DNA of 64,000 nt from an uncultured Gemmatimonadales bacterium (GCA_963823035.1 CAWGKG010000020.1:320001-384000), one strand, 5' to 3'; shown: positions 1 through 9,721, counted from the first letter of the stretch. Numbers and translations are program-made. The notes: generated by a model from the sequence alone, not told the origin.

Positions 1-735
1 CTCCTGGTCGAAGAGCTGGATGCGGCTGTTCGCCCGGTCGCCCACGAAGAGCCGGCCCTGGGAGTCCATGGCCAGCGCGTGTGGGTCGCGGAACTCGCCG
101 TCCTCCCCGCCCGTCTGTCCCCACTCCATCAGGTAGGTGCCGTCCGCGGCGAACTTCACGATCCGGTTGTTGCCGCCCGCGCCGTGGCCGTCCGCCACGA
201 AGATGCTGCCGTCCGGGGCGACCAGGACGTCCGAGGGTTGGTTGAACGTGTCGTGCCCCGCGCCCGCGACGCCCGGCTTGCCGAGCGTCATGAGCAGCTC
301 CCCGCTGGGGCTGAAGGCGTACACGGCGTGGCCCATCCCTTCGGGGGTCTCGCCGAACCCGGTCGCGTCCGCGATCCATACGTTGCCCTTCCGGTCCACG
401 TGGATCCCGTGCGGCCAGGCGAAGCGATGCGCGCCCCACTGCGTGAGCAGCTTCCCGTCCAGGTCGAAGCGAAAGACGGTCGTCAGGTTCTGGCGGTCGG
501 CGCAGCTGTTCTGCCCGCAGCGCTCCGCGACCCAGACGCTCCGTCCGTCCGGCGCGGGGTAGACCGCGCTGGTCGCACCGTACTTCCGCCCGTCGGGGAG
601 CTGTCCGAACGCGGGGTCCGCCACGACGTAGGGGTTGTTGTCGTAGTGCTGGGCCCGCGCCGGCGCCACGCCGGGGAGCAGAAGGGCGCCGACCGCGAGG
701 GTCGACGCGACCGCGAAGGTGGGCGTTCTGGGCAT
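1..735 (-). CDS. Secreted NHL-repeat beta-propeller protein (peptidyl-alpha-hydroxyglycine alpha-amidating lyase-like), runs off the window edge
   Basis: Manual translation from ATG 735 (not in the ORF track): signal peptide MPRTPTFAVASTLAVGALLLPGVAPARAQ, then NHL motifs FAWPHGIHVDRKGNVWIAD, FNQPSDVLVAPDGSIFVADG, FRDPHALAMDSQGRLFVGDRANSRIQLFD. Confidence 0.88.
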   Translation of the reverse strand, partial: MPRTPTFAVASTLAVGALLLPGVAPARAQHYDNNPYVVADPAFGQLPDGRKYGATSAVYPAPDGRSVWVAERCGQNSCADRQNLTTVFRFDLDGKLLTQWGAHRFAWPHGIHVDRKGNVWIADATGFGETPEGMGHAVYAFSPSGELLMTLGKPGVAGAGHDTFNQPSDVLVAPDGSIFVADGHGAGGNNRIVKFAADGTYLMEWGQTGGEDGEFRDPHALAMDSQGRLFVGDRANSRIQLFDQE

Positions 736-815
736 GAGACCGCCGGCGGCAGGAGGGTGGACGATCGGAGCGGAAGAATGTTCGGCCGGGCGGGCGGAGG
801 GGCAAGGTGAAGCAC

Positions 816-848
816 GAGGGCGGCGCCTCGATGCGAAGCGCCGCCCTC
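816..848. terminator. GC-rich hairpin, probable terminator of the psr-yeeE operon
   Basis: Perfect 11-bp inverted repeat GAGGGCGGCGC...GCGCCGCCCTC just downstream of the stop at 875; no clear U-tract. Confidence 0.5.
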
Positions 849-874
849 CGTTCTTCCAGCGACCGCGAATCGGC

Positions 875-2059
875 TCAGCAGCCGCCCTTCTTCTTCGGCT
901 TCTCGCCGCCCGCGCCCGCCATCGGCGGTGGGGCTGCGACGTCGACCGCCTGCACGGCGGCGCCGGAGAAGTACGCGGCGATCTGGCCCTGGCGCGCGGC
1001 CCACTCCCGGTCCTCCTGCGTGTCACCCGGCAGGGCCGGGGTCAGCACGCGCAGCTCCCATCCGAGGAAGCCGTCCTGCAGCCAGGTGTAGCCGACGTCA
1101 CGGCGCCAGTCCGTGGGGATCGGCATCCCCGCGCCCTGGTCGTCGACGAGGACCACGCGCCCGCCGACGGGGACCGTGGCCAGCAGCGCCTTGGCGTCGT
1201 CCTCCGTGGCGGCCGGATACGATCCGGGGATCCGCTTCTCGGCGCCGGCCGCGTCGGTGCGCAGGTCGAGGATGAGCATGCCGGGCTGCTTGCCGATGAT
1301 CGCCTCCGCCAGCGACAGCGGGGCGATCGAAGCCACCTGCACCGGTGCCGGCGTCGGCGCTCCGGGACGGTAGCCCAGCGCGACGAGCGCGACCACCGCG
1401 AAGGCGCCCACGAGCGTGAACTTCATGCGCGGACGAGGCGCCGGCGTCAGCTCCACCGCCGGGTACTTCGCCGCGAAGATCTTCTCGACCTTCTCGGCAC
1501 CCACGAAGCCTGCGCCGGCCATCGCGAGCACGATCAGCGTGAACACGAGCGGCGGGACGCCGAACACCTGGTAGAGGAGCGAGACGTCCATCGAGCCGGC
1601 CGTGTACAGCGCGTCGAGCCCGGGAACGACCTCGATCGCGACCGCGAAGGCGGCCGTGCCCACGAAGATGCCGAGGAACGTCACGAGCGCGTCCCAGCGC
1701 CCGGAGGCGGCCGACACGATCGACGTGCCCGGGCACAGGCCGCTCATGATGAAGCCCACGCCCAGCAGGAAGCCGCCCACCAGCTGCGCCCACAGGAAGG
1801 TGGGGTTGATCCACAGCCGGGACAGGTCCATCAACCCGATTCCCTGGAGCGTGTACAGGCCGACCATCGCGACCAGGATCGCCGTGAACATGACCTTGAA
1901 GACGGTCATGTCGTAGAAGTAGAACTGCGCGGCCAGCTTGCGCGCGTTGCCGAAGCCGCCCCGCTCGAGGCTGAAGCCGAAGAGGAAGCCGAGCCCGATC
2001 GCGGTGAGCAGCATCATCTCGTCGCTGGAGAAGACCAGCGGGAAGATCCCGGCGCTCAT
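875..2059 (-). CDS. YeeE/YedE-family sulfur transporter fused to a rhodanese-like domain with a C-terminal KKKGGC tail
   Basis: Motifs GFLFGFSLERGGFG and GGFLLGVGFIMSGLCPGTS; later LILDLR...RIPGS...WLQDGFLGW (rhodanese fold); ATGA overlap with the upstream gene supports a start at 2059. Confidence 0.88.
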   Translation of the reverse strand: MSAGIFPLVFSSDEMMLLTAIGLGFLFGFSLERGGFGNARKLAAQFYFYDMTVFKVMFTAILVAMVGLYTLQGIGLMDLSRLWINPTFLWAQLVGGFLLGVGFIMSGLCPGTSIVSAASGRWDALVTFLGIFVGTAAFAVAIEVVPGLDALYTAGSMDVSLLYQVFGVPPLVFTLIVLAMAGAGFVGAEKVEKIFAAKYPAVELTPAPRPRMKFTLVGAFAVVALVALGYRPGAPTPAPVQVASIAPLSLAEAIIGKQPGMLILDLRTDAAGAEKRIPGSYPAATEDDAKALLATVPVGGRVVLVDDQGAGMPIPTDWRRDVGYTWLQDGFLGWELRVLTPALPGDTQEDREWAARQGQIAAYFSGAAVQAVDVAAPPPMAGAGGEKPKKKGGC

Positions 2060-2592
2060 GTCCACTGCCTCCTCACGAAGTACGCGACGGCATAGCCTCC
2101 GGCGAAGACCATCAGCATGAAGACCCAGCTACCGGTGGCGAGGGTCGCGCCGCCCGACAGCGCCTGTCCGGAGGTGCACCCCCGAGCCAGCGCCGCCGCG
2201 AAGCCCATCACGACGCCCCCTCCGAAGGCGTAGGCCAGCCGCCCGCGCACGGAGATGCGTGGGCCCTTCTCCACGGTGGAACGGAAGCGCCCGGCGCTCA
2301 CCGCGCCGATGAAGCCGCCGATGAAGACGCCGACCACCTCCACCACCAGCCAGTTGCGCAGTGGGTTGGTGCCGTCCGCCAGGTAGCCGCCCAGTTCGGG
2401 GTTCGCGGCCGTCCACGCGGGCGCGAACGTCTGGCCGGTCAGCGCCAGCACCCGCTTGGGGAACGCGCTGGCGCCGAGGCCCTGGCCGGCGATCACGAAC
2501 GTCGCCAGGAGCGTCAGGCCCAGCAGGACGCCGGCCAGATAGGGGTTCCAGTAGGGCTTGGCTCCCGACTCCGGTCTCTCGCTCGTGTCCAT
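2056..2592 (-). CDS. YeeE/YedE-family sulfur transporter (half-size)
   Basis: YWNPYLAGVLLG and GGVVMGFAAALARGCTSGQALSG motifs; hydrophobic. Confidence 0.9.
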   Translation of the reverse strand: MDTSERPESGAKPYWNPYLAGVLLGLTLLATFVIAGQGLGASAFPKRVLALTGQTFAPAWTAANPELGGYLADGTNPLRNWLVVEVVGVFIGGFIGAVSAGRFRSTVEKGPRISVRGRLAYAFGGGVVMGFAAALARGCTSGQALSGGATLATGSWVFMLMVFAGGYAVAYFVRRQWT

Positions 2593-2593
2593 G

Positions 2594-3583
2594 TCAGTTT
2601 CCCTGGAAGATTGCCACGGTCGTCTCGGTCCAGCCCACGTGCTGGCCGGCGAAGACGATGATCCACCGGAGTGCGAGCCCGCCGGCCAGCACCATGAAGG
2701 CGGCCAGACGCCCCGGGACGTGCCCTCCCCGCCGCTCCATCCATTCGGCCAACAGCGGAGCCGTCAGCCCGAAGCCCATCACCAGCAGCCAGAACGCCGT
2801 CGTGTACGGCCCGCCCAGCACGGTGTGCGCGGCCGCGCGCGTCGCGATCCCCCCCGAGCCGAGGCCCACGAGCCAGACCGCGATGAGCGCCATCTCGGCC
2901 AGGATGAGCCCCATGTCGACGCGGGCCAGGCGGATCCGCTCCCCGTCGCTCAGGCGGTACATCAGCATGTAGGCCGCACCGGTCGAGAGGCCGGAGGTCA
3001 GGAACAGCGGCCCGAGGATCGCCGAGTTCCAGAGCGGGCGGGACGCCATCGTGCCGAGCAGCATCCCCGTGTAGACGCCAAGCCCCGCGCCGGCGACGAC
3101 GTTCGTCATCCCGACCGCGGAGGTGTGTGCGTCCACCCAGCCGCCCGCGGCTCGCAGCGCCCGGCCGCCCGCCGCGAAGTGCGTGTCCAGCCAGCCGAGG
3201 ACGCCTTCGCGTGTCCCGGTGGGCGTCGTCCGCCACGCAAGGGCGAGCGACGCCGGATAGATCGCCAGCAGGATCCACGCGCCCCAGGACATCGGGGAGG
3301 TGGGTCGGAAGACCAGGTAGAACCGGAAGGCGTTGAAGCGGTTCTCGAGGTCCAGCCAGAGGAAGAGCATGCCCAGCGACAGCAGGATCGGGATGCTCCA
3401 CGGAAGGAGGCCCAGGTGCGTCGAGCGCGGCCGCTCCTCCCGCTGCAGGAGGAAGAGGCCCATGAGGACCATCACGCCCGCGACCACGCCTCCGAGGAAG
3501 AGGTAGGCCGCGACCTCGCCGTGCCAGATGTGCAGCGCCGGGTCCACCAGCGCGTTCGTCCGGGTTGTCGTGATCTCTTGCAT
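2594..3583 (-). CDS. psrC: NrfD/PsrC-family membrane anchor of polysulfide reductase
   Basis: From ATG 3583: WHGEVAAYLFLGG, LWLDLENRFNAFRFY..TSPMSWGAWIL, GVYTGMLL..RPLWNS, LALRWIIVFAGQ. Confidence 0.88.
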   Translation of the reverse strand: MQEITTTRTNALVDPALHIWHGEVAAYLFLGGVVAGVMVLMGLFLLQREERPRSTHLGLLPWSIPILLSLGMLFLWLDLENRFNAFRFYLVFRPTSPMSWGAWILLAIYPASLALAWRTTPTGTREGVLGWLDTHFAAGGRALRAAGGWVDAHTSAVGMTNVVAGAGLGVYTGMLLGTMASRPLWNSAILGPLFLTSGLSTGAAYMLMYRLSDGERIRLARVDMGLILAEMALIAVWLVGLGSGGIATRAAAHTVLGGPYTTAFWLLVMGFGLTAPLLAEWMERRGGHVPGRLAAFMVLAGGLALRWIIVFAGQHVGWTETTVAIFQGN

Positions 3584-3588
3584 GACGG

Positions 3589-4137
3589 TCACCCGAGGAA
3601 GTAGTGCCGGGGCGTGGTGCCCGCTTCCGGCAGCAGGGTGTAGTGCTCGCGGTTGCGCAGGATCCGGGCGATGTCCGAGTCGGGGTCGTTCAGGTCCCCG
3701 AAGTGGATGCTCTCCGTGGGGCAGACCTGCTGACACGCGGTGGTCGGGATGCCGTTCTCCACGCGGTGCACGCAGAACGTGCACTTGTCCACGGTGCCGG
3801 TACGCGGATCCACGAAGCGCGCGTCGTACGGGCAAGCCGCGATGCACGCCTTGCAGCCCGTGCACTTGTCGGAGTCGACGAGGACGATGCCCCCCGGCCC
3901 CACGTACGAGGCGCCGGTCGGGCAGACGGCCACACAGGGTGCGTCGTCGCAGTGGTTGCAGCGCTCCGACCGGATCTCGAGCTCGAGGTTCGGGAAGGTC
4001 CCGGTCGCGATGTCGGTGATCCAGTTGCGCGAGTACCCGTCCGGCAGGTCGTTCTCGGTCTTGCAGGCGATGACGCACGCCGTGCATCCGACGCAGGTGC
4101 GGGTGTCGACGGCCATCGCGTAGCGCTTGGCGCTCAT
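3589..4137 (-). CDS. psrB: 4Fe-4S dicluster electron-transfer subunit (PsrB/NrfC type)
   Basis: CVGCTACVIAC, CNHCDDAPCVAVCP, CTGCKACIAACP and CTFC...CQQVCP cluster motifs. Confidence 0.92.
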   Translation of the reverse strand: MSAKRYAMAVDTRTCVGCTACVIACKTENDLPDGYSRNWITDIATGTFPNLELEIRSERCNHCDDAPCVAVCPTGASYVGPGGIVLVDSDKCTGCKACIAACPYDARFVDPRTGTVDKCTFCVHRVENGIPTTACQQVCPTESIHFGDLNDPDSDIARILRNREHYTLLPEAGTTPRHYFLG

Positions 4138-6420
4138 GAGACCACCTCCTCCGCCACCGCTTCGTCCCAGGTGTCGGCGTCGGTCTCGGCCGCGGCGGCT
4201 GCTGCGGCGTCCGGCCTCACGAACGTCACGAAGTTCACGTTCATCCCCGTGCCGCCCATGATCGGGTCGACCTTGATGCGCGTGACCAGCTCACTGTCGT
4301 TGAGCCCGCGGCCGTAGGCCCGGCCCAGCTTCCTGGTGTCGTGCCCGAAGCCGTGCACGGTGTAGACGCAGTCGGGGCGGATGCGCTCGGTGACCTTCAC
4401 CGGCGCGCTGAAGGTCGAGGTCACGTCGTCCTGGTTCTTCAGGTGGATGCGCTCGCCGTCCTTCAGCCCCCAGGCCTTGGCGACCTCCGTGTTCACCCAG
4501 ATCGAGTTCTCGGGGCCCGGTCTCGAGGAGGAGCTTGTTGTTCGTCGTGCGCCCGAAGGTGTGCATCGGCATGCGGCCGAAGAGGAGGCGGTAGTAGCCC
4601 GGAGGTGGCTCGTCCACGTCCTCCGCGTGCCAGGTGGGCATGGCGTCGAAGCCCGCGGCGGCGAGCTTCTGCGAGTAGAGCTCGATCTTCCCGGAGTCCG
4701 TCCAGAACGTCGGAACGGCGCCTTCCTCGAAGTAGATCGGCTTGCGCTCGCCCAGCACGACGCCCTCGCGCTGCAGCGTCGCGCAGTCGATGCCGAGCGG
4801 CTTCAGGCGGGCCTCCGCGTACTCCTCCGCGTCCTTCCACGGGAAGAAGTTGGGGAGGCCCAGCCGCAGGCCCAGCTCGCGGGCGATCCACCACCCGGGC
4901 TTGCTCTCGTACATCGGCGGCACCACTTCCTGGCGCACCGTCACGTACGGCTCGCGGTACGACGGGGCGAACGGTTCGTCGCACCGTTCGAGGTAGGTCG
5001 CCTCGGGGAGCACGACGTCCGCCCATCCGGTGATCTCGGCCGGCAGCACGTCCACGGCCACCAGGAAGTCGAGCGCCTGGATGGCCTCGTACGTCTTCTG
5101 CGGCTCGGGCAGGCTGGAGGGGAGGTTCGATCCGTAGACCATCCACGCCCGGATATCGGCCACGCCGCGCACGCCGGGGATCGTGGCGTCGCACACGCCC
5201 TGCGCCAGCACCTCGTCCGCGAGCGGGTAGGCGCTCGGGTTGGGCTTGTCGGCCGGCGTGTGTCCCTCGTCGTCGAAGGCCGGGTACTCGTAGGGAGGGA
5301 TGCTCACCGCGTTGGGCACGTAGAAGCCGCCTTTTCGGCCCCAGGAGCCGAGCAGCGCGTTCACGATCGCGATCGCGCGCATGCGCTGCGTGTCGTTGCC
5401 GTACCAGGTGACGTGCCGTCCGGGGTGGATCAGCGTCGCCGGGCGGGCCGCGCCCATCATGCGTGCCGTGTGCCGGATCAGCTCGGGCTCGATGCCGGTG
5501 CGCGGGTAGGCCCACTCGGGCGTGTACGGCTTCACGTGGTCGCGGAGCTGCTCGAAACCGTAGGCGTATGCCTCGAGGTACTCGCGGTCGTACAGCTCCT
5601 CGGAAATGATGACGTTCATCCACGCCAGCAGGATCGCGAGGTCCGACCCCGGCTTCACCGGGAGCCAATGCGTCGCCTTGGAGGCCGCCACGCTCTGGCG
5701 CGGGTCGAGCACGATCAGGTCCGCGTCGTTCCTGAGCGCGTGCGCGAAGTCCTGCACCTGCGTGTTGTGCATGTTCTCGCCCAGGTGCGAGCCGATCAGC
5801 ACGAGGCACTTCGTCTCGCGGATGTCGGTGCGCTCGGGCGAGCCGACGCCGGAGCCGAAGGTGAGGTCGAAGCCGACGTCACGCGGTCCGCGGCACTGCG
5901 CGTAGGACGGCGCCGCGATGTTGGGGCTGCCCCAGGCGCGGATCAGGTGGTTCATCCAGCTGCCGCCGTACCCGTGGGAGAAGAGCGCCACGGCCTCGGG
6001 GCCGTACTCGGCCTTGATCTTCAGGAAGTTCTCGGCCACGACGTCGAGGGCGTCGTCCCAGCTCACCGCCCGGAACTCCTGGCTTCCACGCTTGTCGACG
6101 CGCAGCAGCGGGGTCTTCAGGCGGTCCGGGTCGTAGAGCAGGCCGGTGCCGCCCGTGCCGCGTGGACAAAGGTGGCCGCGCGAGAGCGGGTCCTTCGGGT
6201 TGCCCTGGAGCTTCGTGACCCGCCCGTCCTTCACGTGGGCGAGCACGCCGCACTTCCAGAAGCACAGCTCGCAGAAGGTGGGAACGACCCGATCGCCGTC
6301 GGTGAGCGGGTTCGGGAGCTGGCTACCGTAGAGCTTGAACCAGTCCGTCGTGACGCCGCCCAGAAGGGCTGCGCCGCCGAGCCCGTACGACGAGATCCTG
6401 ATGAACTCGCGCCGTCTCAT
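4134..6420 (-). CDS. psrA: Tat-exported Mo-bisPGD catalytic subunit, polysulfide/thiosulfate reductase (PsrA/PhsA); one indel near 4515
   Basis: MRRREFI Tat signal; FS0 motif CELCFWKC...CPRG; PSYAQC with the putative Mo-ligand Cys; WADVVLPEATYLER; C-terminal binding domain continues in ORF 4134..4496. Confidence 0.88.
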
Positions 6421-6459
6421 GCTCGCTCCTCTGTGCCCCCGGCCGCGCGGAGGACGTGT

Positions 6460-6823
6460 CTACGAGGAGGACCCGACTGCGAACGGATCGGCGCCTGCGC
6501 CCTCGCTCCCATGGACCCAGTCGCACACGGTGTCCAGGAGGTGGAGCGCCACCAGGGTGCCCAGGCGGAGGTGGACCTCCGCGCCTTCCCGCTCGGCGGC
6601 CACGAGCCCTGCGCCGCGCAGGGCTGCGATGTGCCGGGCCGCGGTGGACTGCGGCCAGCCGAATTCCTCCATCAGCTCCTTCTGCGTGGTGACGCGTCCG
6701 TCCCCGAGGGCACAGGCCAGTCGGAGCCGATCAGGATGCGAGAGCACCTTGAAGAGATCGATGGCCCGCCGCATCTCCTCGGGGGAGGCTTCGCGCTGCC
6801 GCTCCAGAGGGGGTCTGGGTCAT
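6460..6823 (-). CDS. ArsR/SmtB-family repressor, BigR/SqrR-like (two Cys)
   Basis: FKVLSHPDRLRLACAL...QSTAARHIAALRGAGLVAAEREG...LLDTVC; intact ORF starts at 6774, but an upstream ATG at 6823 with a GGAG RBS joins it via one indel. Confidence 0.85.
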
Positions 6824-6831
6824 CTCCGTCT

Positions 6832-6867
6832 ATCTCCGAAAACCCGAATATCCGGTTTATTGGATGT
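6832..6867. promoter_or_regulatory. Two overlapping BigR/SqrR-type operator boxes
   Basis: CTCC-N8-GAAT (6834-6849) and ATCC-N8-GGAT (6850-6865) in an AT-rich patch directly upstream of the ArsR gene; same spacing as the SqrR box ATTC-N8-GAAT. Confidence 0.55.
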
Positions 6868-7012
6868 CTCTGAACACACCACACACGCCACTTGCCATCG
6901 TTAGCATGTGAAGAATGGTGCGAGTCAGGATGCGAGTCTGACGGGGAACCTCAGACGGCGCTTGTAGGGGATTCCCCCACGGACCCGAGGACGGGCGTAC
7001 GGGCTCGCCGGA

Positions 7013-9010
7013 TCACCAGCCGCCGCCGCCTCCTCCGCCCCCACCGCCCCCGGACGAACCCCCTCCACCGCCCCCGCCGCCGGACGAGGAAGGGGGGCTC
7101 GAGGCCGCCGAGAGCGAGCCGGAGAAGGCACTGCCCAGTGACGAGGCCATCCCCGACAGATCGGAGGTGGAGCCGCCGGAGTACCACGCCGGGGAGGCCA
7201 CGGTGGCCCCCCCCGCCGCCTCCGGCACCAGGACGCCACGGAACCGCTCCGCCCACCGGTTCTCGACGCCGAGTGCGATCGCGAAGGGGAGAAAGCGCTC
7301 GAAGACCTCCGGGGTTCGGTCGGGAGGGTTCATCCGGTCGAGGCGGTCGGCCTCGGTGGCCGTGAGGAAGGTCTCGAACCCGTCGAGCTCGTTCAGCACG
7401 CCGCGGCCGCGGAGCGTGGGGCGCTCGAGGAGGTGGTAGAAGAGGATGTTGAGGAGGCCGAGCACGGCAGCGGCGGCCAGGAGGTGGTGTGGAACGCTCA
7501 GCGCGAAGAGCGCGCCCACGACGATCTCGGCGCCGACGAAGGGGATGGAGAACAAGGACAGCACCACGGCCTCGGCCCACGACCCGATGCCGCCGCCGCC
7601 CAGGGCCGACCGCCACGCCCGATAGACCCGCGTGACCAGCGTCCCGACGCCCAGCGTCCAAAACGACAGCCAGAGGCACATGAACCAAGCCTCCGGCGGG
7701 ATGCCGTACCGATCGCGCCAGGCGAGCACGCCGAGGCCCGCGAGACTCGCCACGGCCCCGGCGGCGAACCACCGGCGGTTGAGCATGAAGTACTGTCGCT
7801 CGAGGCGGCGGGAGAGCGTGCGCCGCAGCGTCTTCACCGCGCCGCGCAGGCGGGCGTGGTACTTCCGGTCGAGGGTGAGGCGGCGCTGCCCGGTGAGGAG
7901 GTCCTTGGACAGTTGGCGCTCCTCCGGCGCGAGGATGGCGTCGGTGTCGTCCAGGCGCTCGAGCGTCCACTTGCGGCCGTCCCGCTCGATGCGCAGTGCG
8001 CCCTTCACGGCGGCGCTCACGAGGGCGGAGGCGAGCAGCGCATCCGACCATCCGCGCCGCGCCAGATAGCCCAGCGCCGCCGGGGAGAACCCTTCCGGCG
8101 GCTCGTAGCGCACGACCACCGGGTCGGGCGCGGGGTCCCGCCCGACGCGTGACCACATGAGGAGGTAGAGAGAGAGCACGAGCCCCGCCACCGTCGCCGC
8201 GTCGATCCAGCCGCCCCAGTCCTGGCGGAACCAGGCCTTCTGCACCTCGGCGGACGGCGGCGCGACGACGTCCTTCGGGAAGGTGAGACGCACGGTCAGG
8301 CCCTCGCGCGGCCCGAGCGGAGCCGTGCTCTCGAAGGACGCCACACCCGTGGCCTCGTCCCACGCGGTGCTCGCCGCGGACGCGGTGGAGCCCTCCGGGC
8401 CGGTCCAGGCTTCCATCCGCAGGTCGGCCGGATCGGGCGGCTCGGGTAGCGACAGGCGTGCCGACGCGTGCAAGATCGGGAAGTCCCATCCGTTTCCGGT
8501 CACGTTCCAGTAGAGCTGATCCTCGGTGTCGCCGAACGAGACCCACCGCGACGTCTCGTACCGGATCGCGTAGCGGTGCACGCCGTGCTCGAGCATCACG
8601 TCGGCGTCGCCGATGCGCACGCGCACCCCACCCCGGCCGAAGGGCCCGCCGATGCTCTCCAGCCGGTACGGCTCCGGGCTTCCGTCGCGAAGCACCTCGA
8701 GGACCTCGAAGGGTGCCTCGATGCGCCCCAGCCCGGCGGATCGCGGAAAGCTGGTGGGGAAGTCGCGGTAGATGCCGCGGCGGATATCGTTGCCCAGAGC
8801 CCGGACAGCGATCTCCTCCGTGACTTCCATGGCACCGCCGTCCCGCACGACGATGGCGACGTCGTAGGAGAGGATCTCCTCCCGCTCCTGGGCGGCGCCC
8901 GGTGCGGCGGAGAGGAGTAGCGCCCCGACGAGGAGGAGCGCCCGACGAAGATCGACGGGGGTCACCTTCCCACGATGCGCCGGACGCCGGCGCGTCCGCA
9001 ATCGTGGCAT
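7013..9010 (-). CDS. DUF2207 (YciQ-like) membrane protein
   Basis: Signal peptide; VTEEIAV..GIYRDFP; LYWNVTGNGWDFPI; FERFLPFAIALGVENRWAERF; C-terminal Gly/Ser run ending GGGGGW. Confidence 0.92.
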   Translation of the reverse strand: MPRLRTRRRPAHRGKVTPVDLRRALLLVGALLLSAAPGAAQEREEILSYDVAIVVRDGGAMEVTEEIAVRALGNDIRRGIYRDFPTSFPRSAGLGRIEAPFEVLEVLRDGSPEPYRLESIGGPFGRGGVRVRIGDADVMLEHGVHRYAIRYETSRWVSFGDTEDQLYWNVTGNGWDFPILHASARLSLPEPPDPADLRMEAWTGPEGSTASAASTAWDEATGVASFESTAPLGPREGLTVRLTFPKDVVAPPSAEVQKAWFRQDWGGWIDAATVAGLVLSLYLLMWSRVGRDPAPDPVVVRYEPPEGFSPAALGYLARRGWSDALLASALVSAAVKGALRIERDGRKWTLERLDDTDAILAPEERQLSKDLLTGQRRLTLDRKYHARLRGAVKTLRRTLSRRLERQYFMLNRRWFAAGAVASLAGLGVLAWRDRYGIPPEAWFMCLWLSFWTLGVGTLVTRVYRAWRSALGGGGIGSWAEAVVLSLFSIPFVGAEIVVGALFALSVPHHLLAAAAVLGLLNILFYHLLERPTLRGRGVLNELDGFETFLTATEADRLDRMNPPDRTPEVFERFLPFAIALGVENRWAERFRGVLVPEAAGGATVASPAWYSGGSTSDLSGMASSLGSAFSGSLSAASSPPSSSGGGGGGGGSSGGGGGGGGGGGW

Positions 9011-9040
9011 GCCGCGCGTGCGCTTGGTCCCGGCGCCGCC

Positions 9041-9721
9041 CTAGCCCTCCGTCCTCCGGAAGACGGCGTAGCCGTTCCGCAGCATCCACGAGCGATCCAC
9101 GAGCTCGTAGGCGGGGTCGCGCCGCAGACGCACGTAGTTCCCGTGGTTCTTCATGGCGCGGATGTCGTCGAGAATGAGCCAACGCGCCCCGTAGAGATCG
9201 TCGAGCAGTGCGGCACCGGTGAACTCCGACCCGTCGATGAGGGCGGCGTCGAAGCGGTCGATGCCGTAGTGGTCCGCGATGTCGCGCACACCGTCCGTGC
9301 CGGCGCCGGAAGCCCTCACGTACTCGCGGTCCTCCTCGAGCCAGCGACGGTAGGTCTTCCGGCTCCGACGGCGCAGCCAGGGCTTGAAGCCGGAGCAGAA
9401 GCGGTCGATGTCCTCGTGCGTCGCGAAGCGCTCCAGACGCACCGACGACACGCGGTGGCAGTGCACGAAGTCGCGCGCGCCGTGCCGTGCCTCGAGCAGG
9501 GCGAAGCGCTCACGCGACAGCTCGACGCAGTGGAGCGTCGGCGGGCCCGCGGGGTTCTCGAGCGCGCCGGCCACGAACGCGTCGGTGCTGCCCTCCCCGG
9601 ACGAGGAGCCGACCTCGAGGATCGTGCGCACCTCCGGGCGGGCGGCGACGCGGCGGATCGCCTCGGCAAGGCGGTCGTCGCGGATCTCCGGGGCGATGGG
9701 TCGGTCGAGCTTCGAAGGCAC
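9041..9721 (-). CDS. Class I SAM-dependent methyltransferase-like protein
   Basis: From GTG 9721: TILEVGSSSGEGST (motif I), LHCVELS, FDAALIDGSEFTG, ILDDI. Confidence 0.65.
   Translation of the reverse strand: MPSKLDRPIAPEIRDDRLAEAIRRVAARPEVRTILEVGSSSGEGSTDAFVAGALENPAGPPTLHCVELSRERFALLEARHGARDFVHCHRVSSVRLERFATHEDIDRFCSGFKPWLRRRSRKTYRRWLEEDREYVRASGAGTDGVRDIADHYGIDRFDAALIDGSEFTGAALLDDLYGARWLILDDIRAMKNHGNYVRLRRDPAYELVDRSWMLRNGYAVFRRTEG

Noticed and set aside
850..880. Selenocysteine read-through of the TGA after GGC in the YeeE-rhodanese gene (GCU motif)
   Set aside because: Read-through gives a long non-protein-like tail; the nearby hairpin is more simply a terminator; no sel genes in the window.
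6880..7010. Moco or other riboswitch upstream of the molybdoenzyme operon; small hairpins and a TGCGAGTC direct repeat are present
   Set aside because: No recognisable riboswitch consensus by eye; an Infernal/Rfam search would be needed.
7013..7110. CCG-rich tandem repeat
   Set aside because: It is the normal Gly/Ser-rich C-terminus of DUF2207 proteins.
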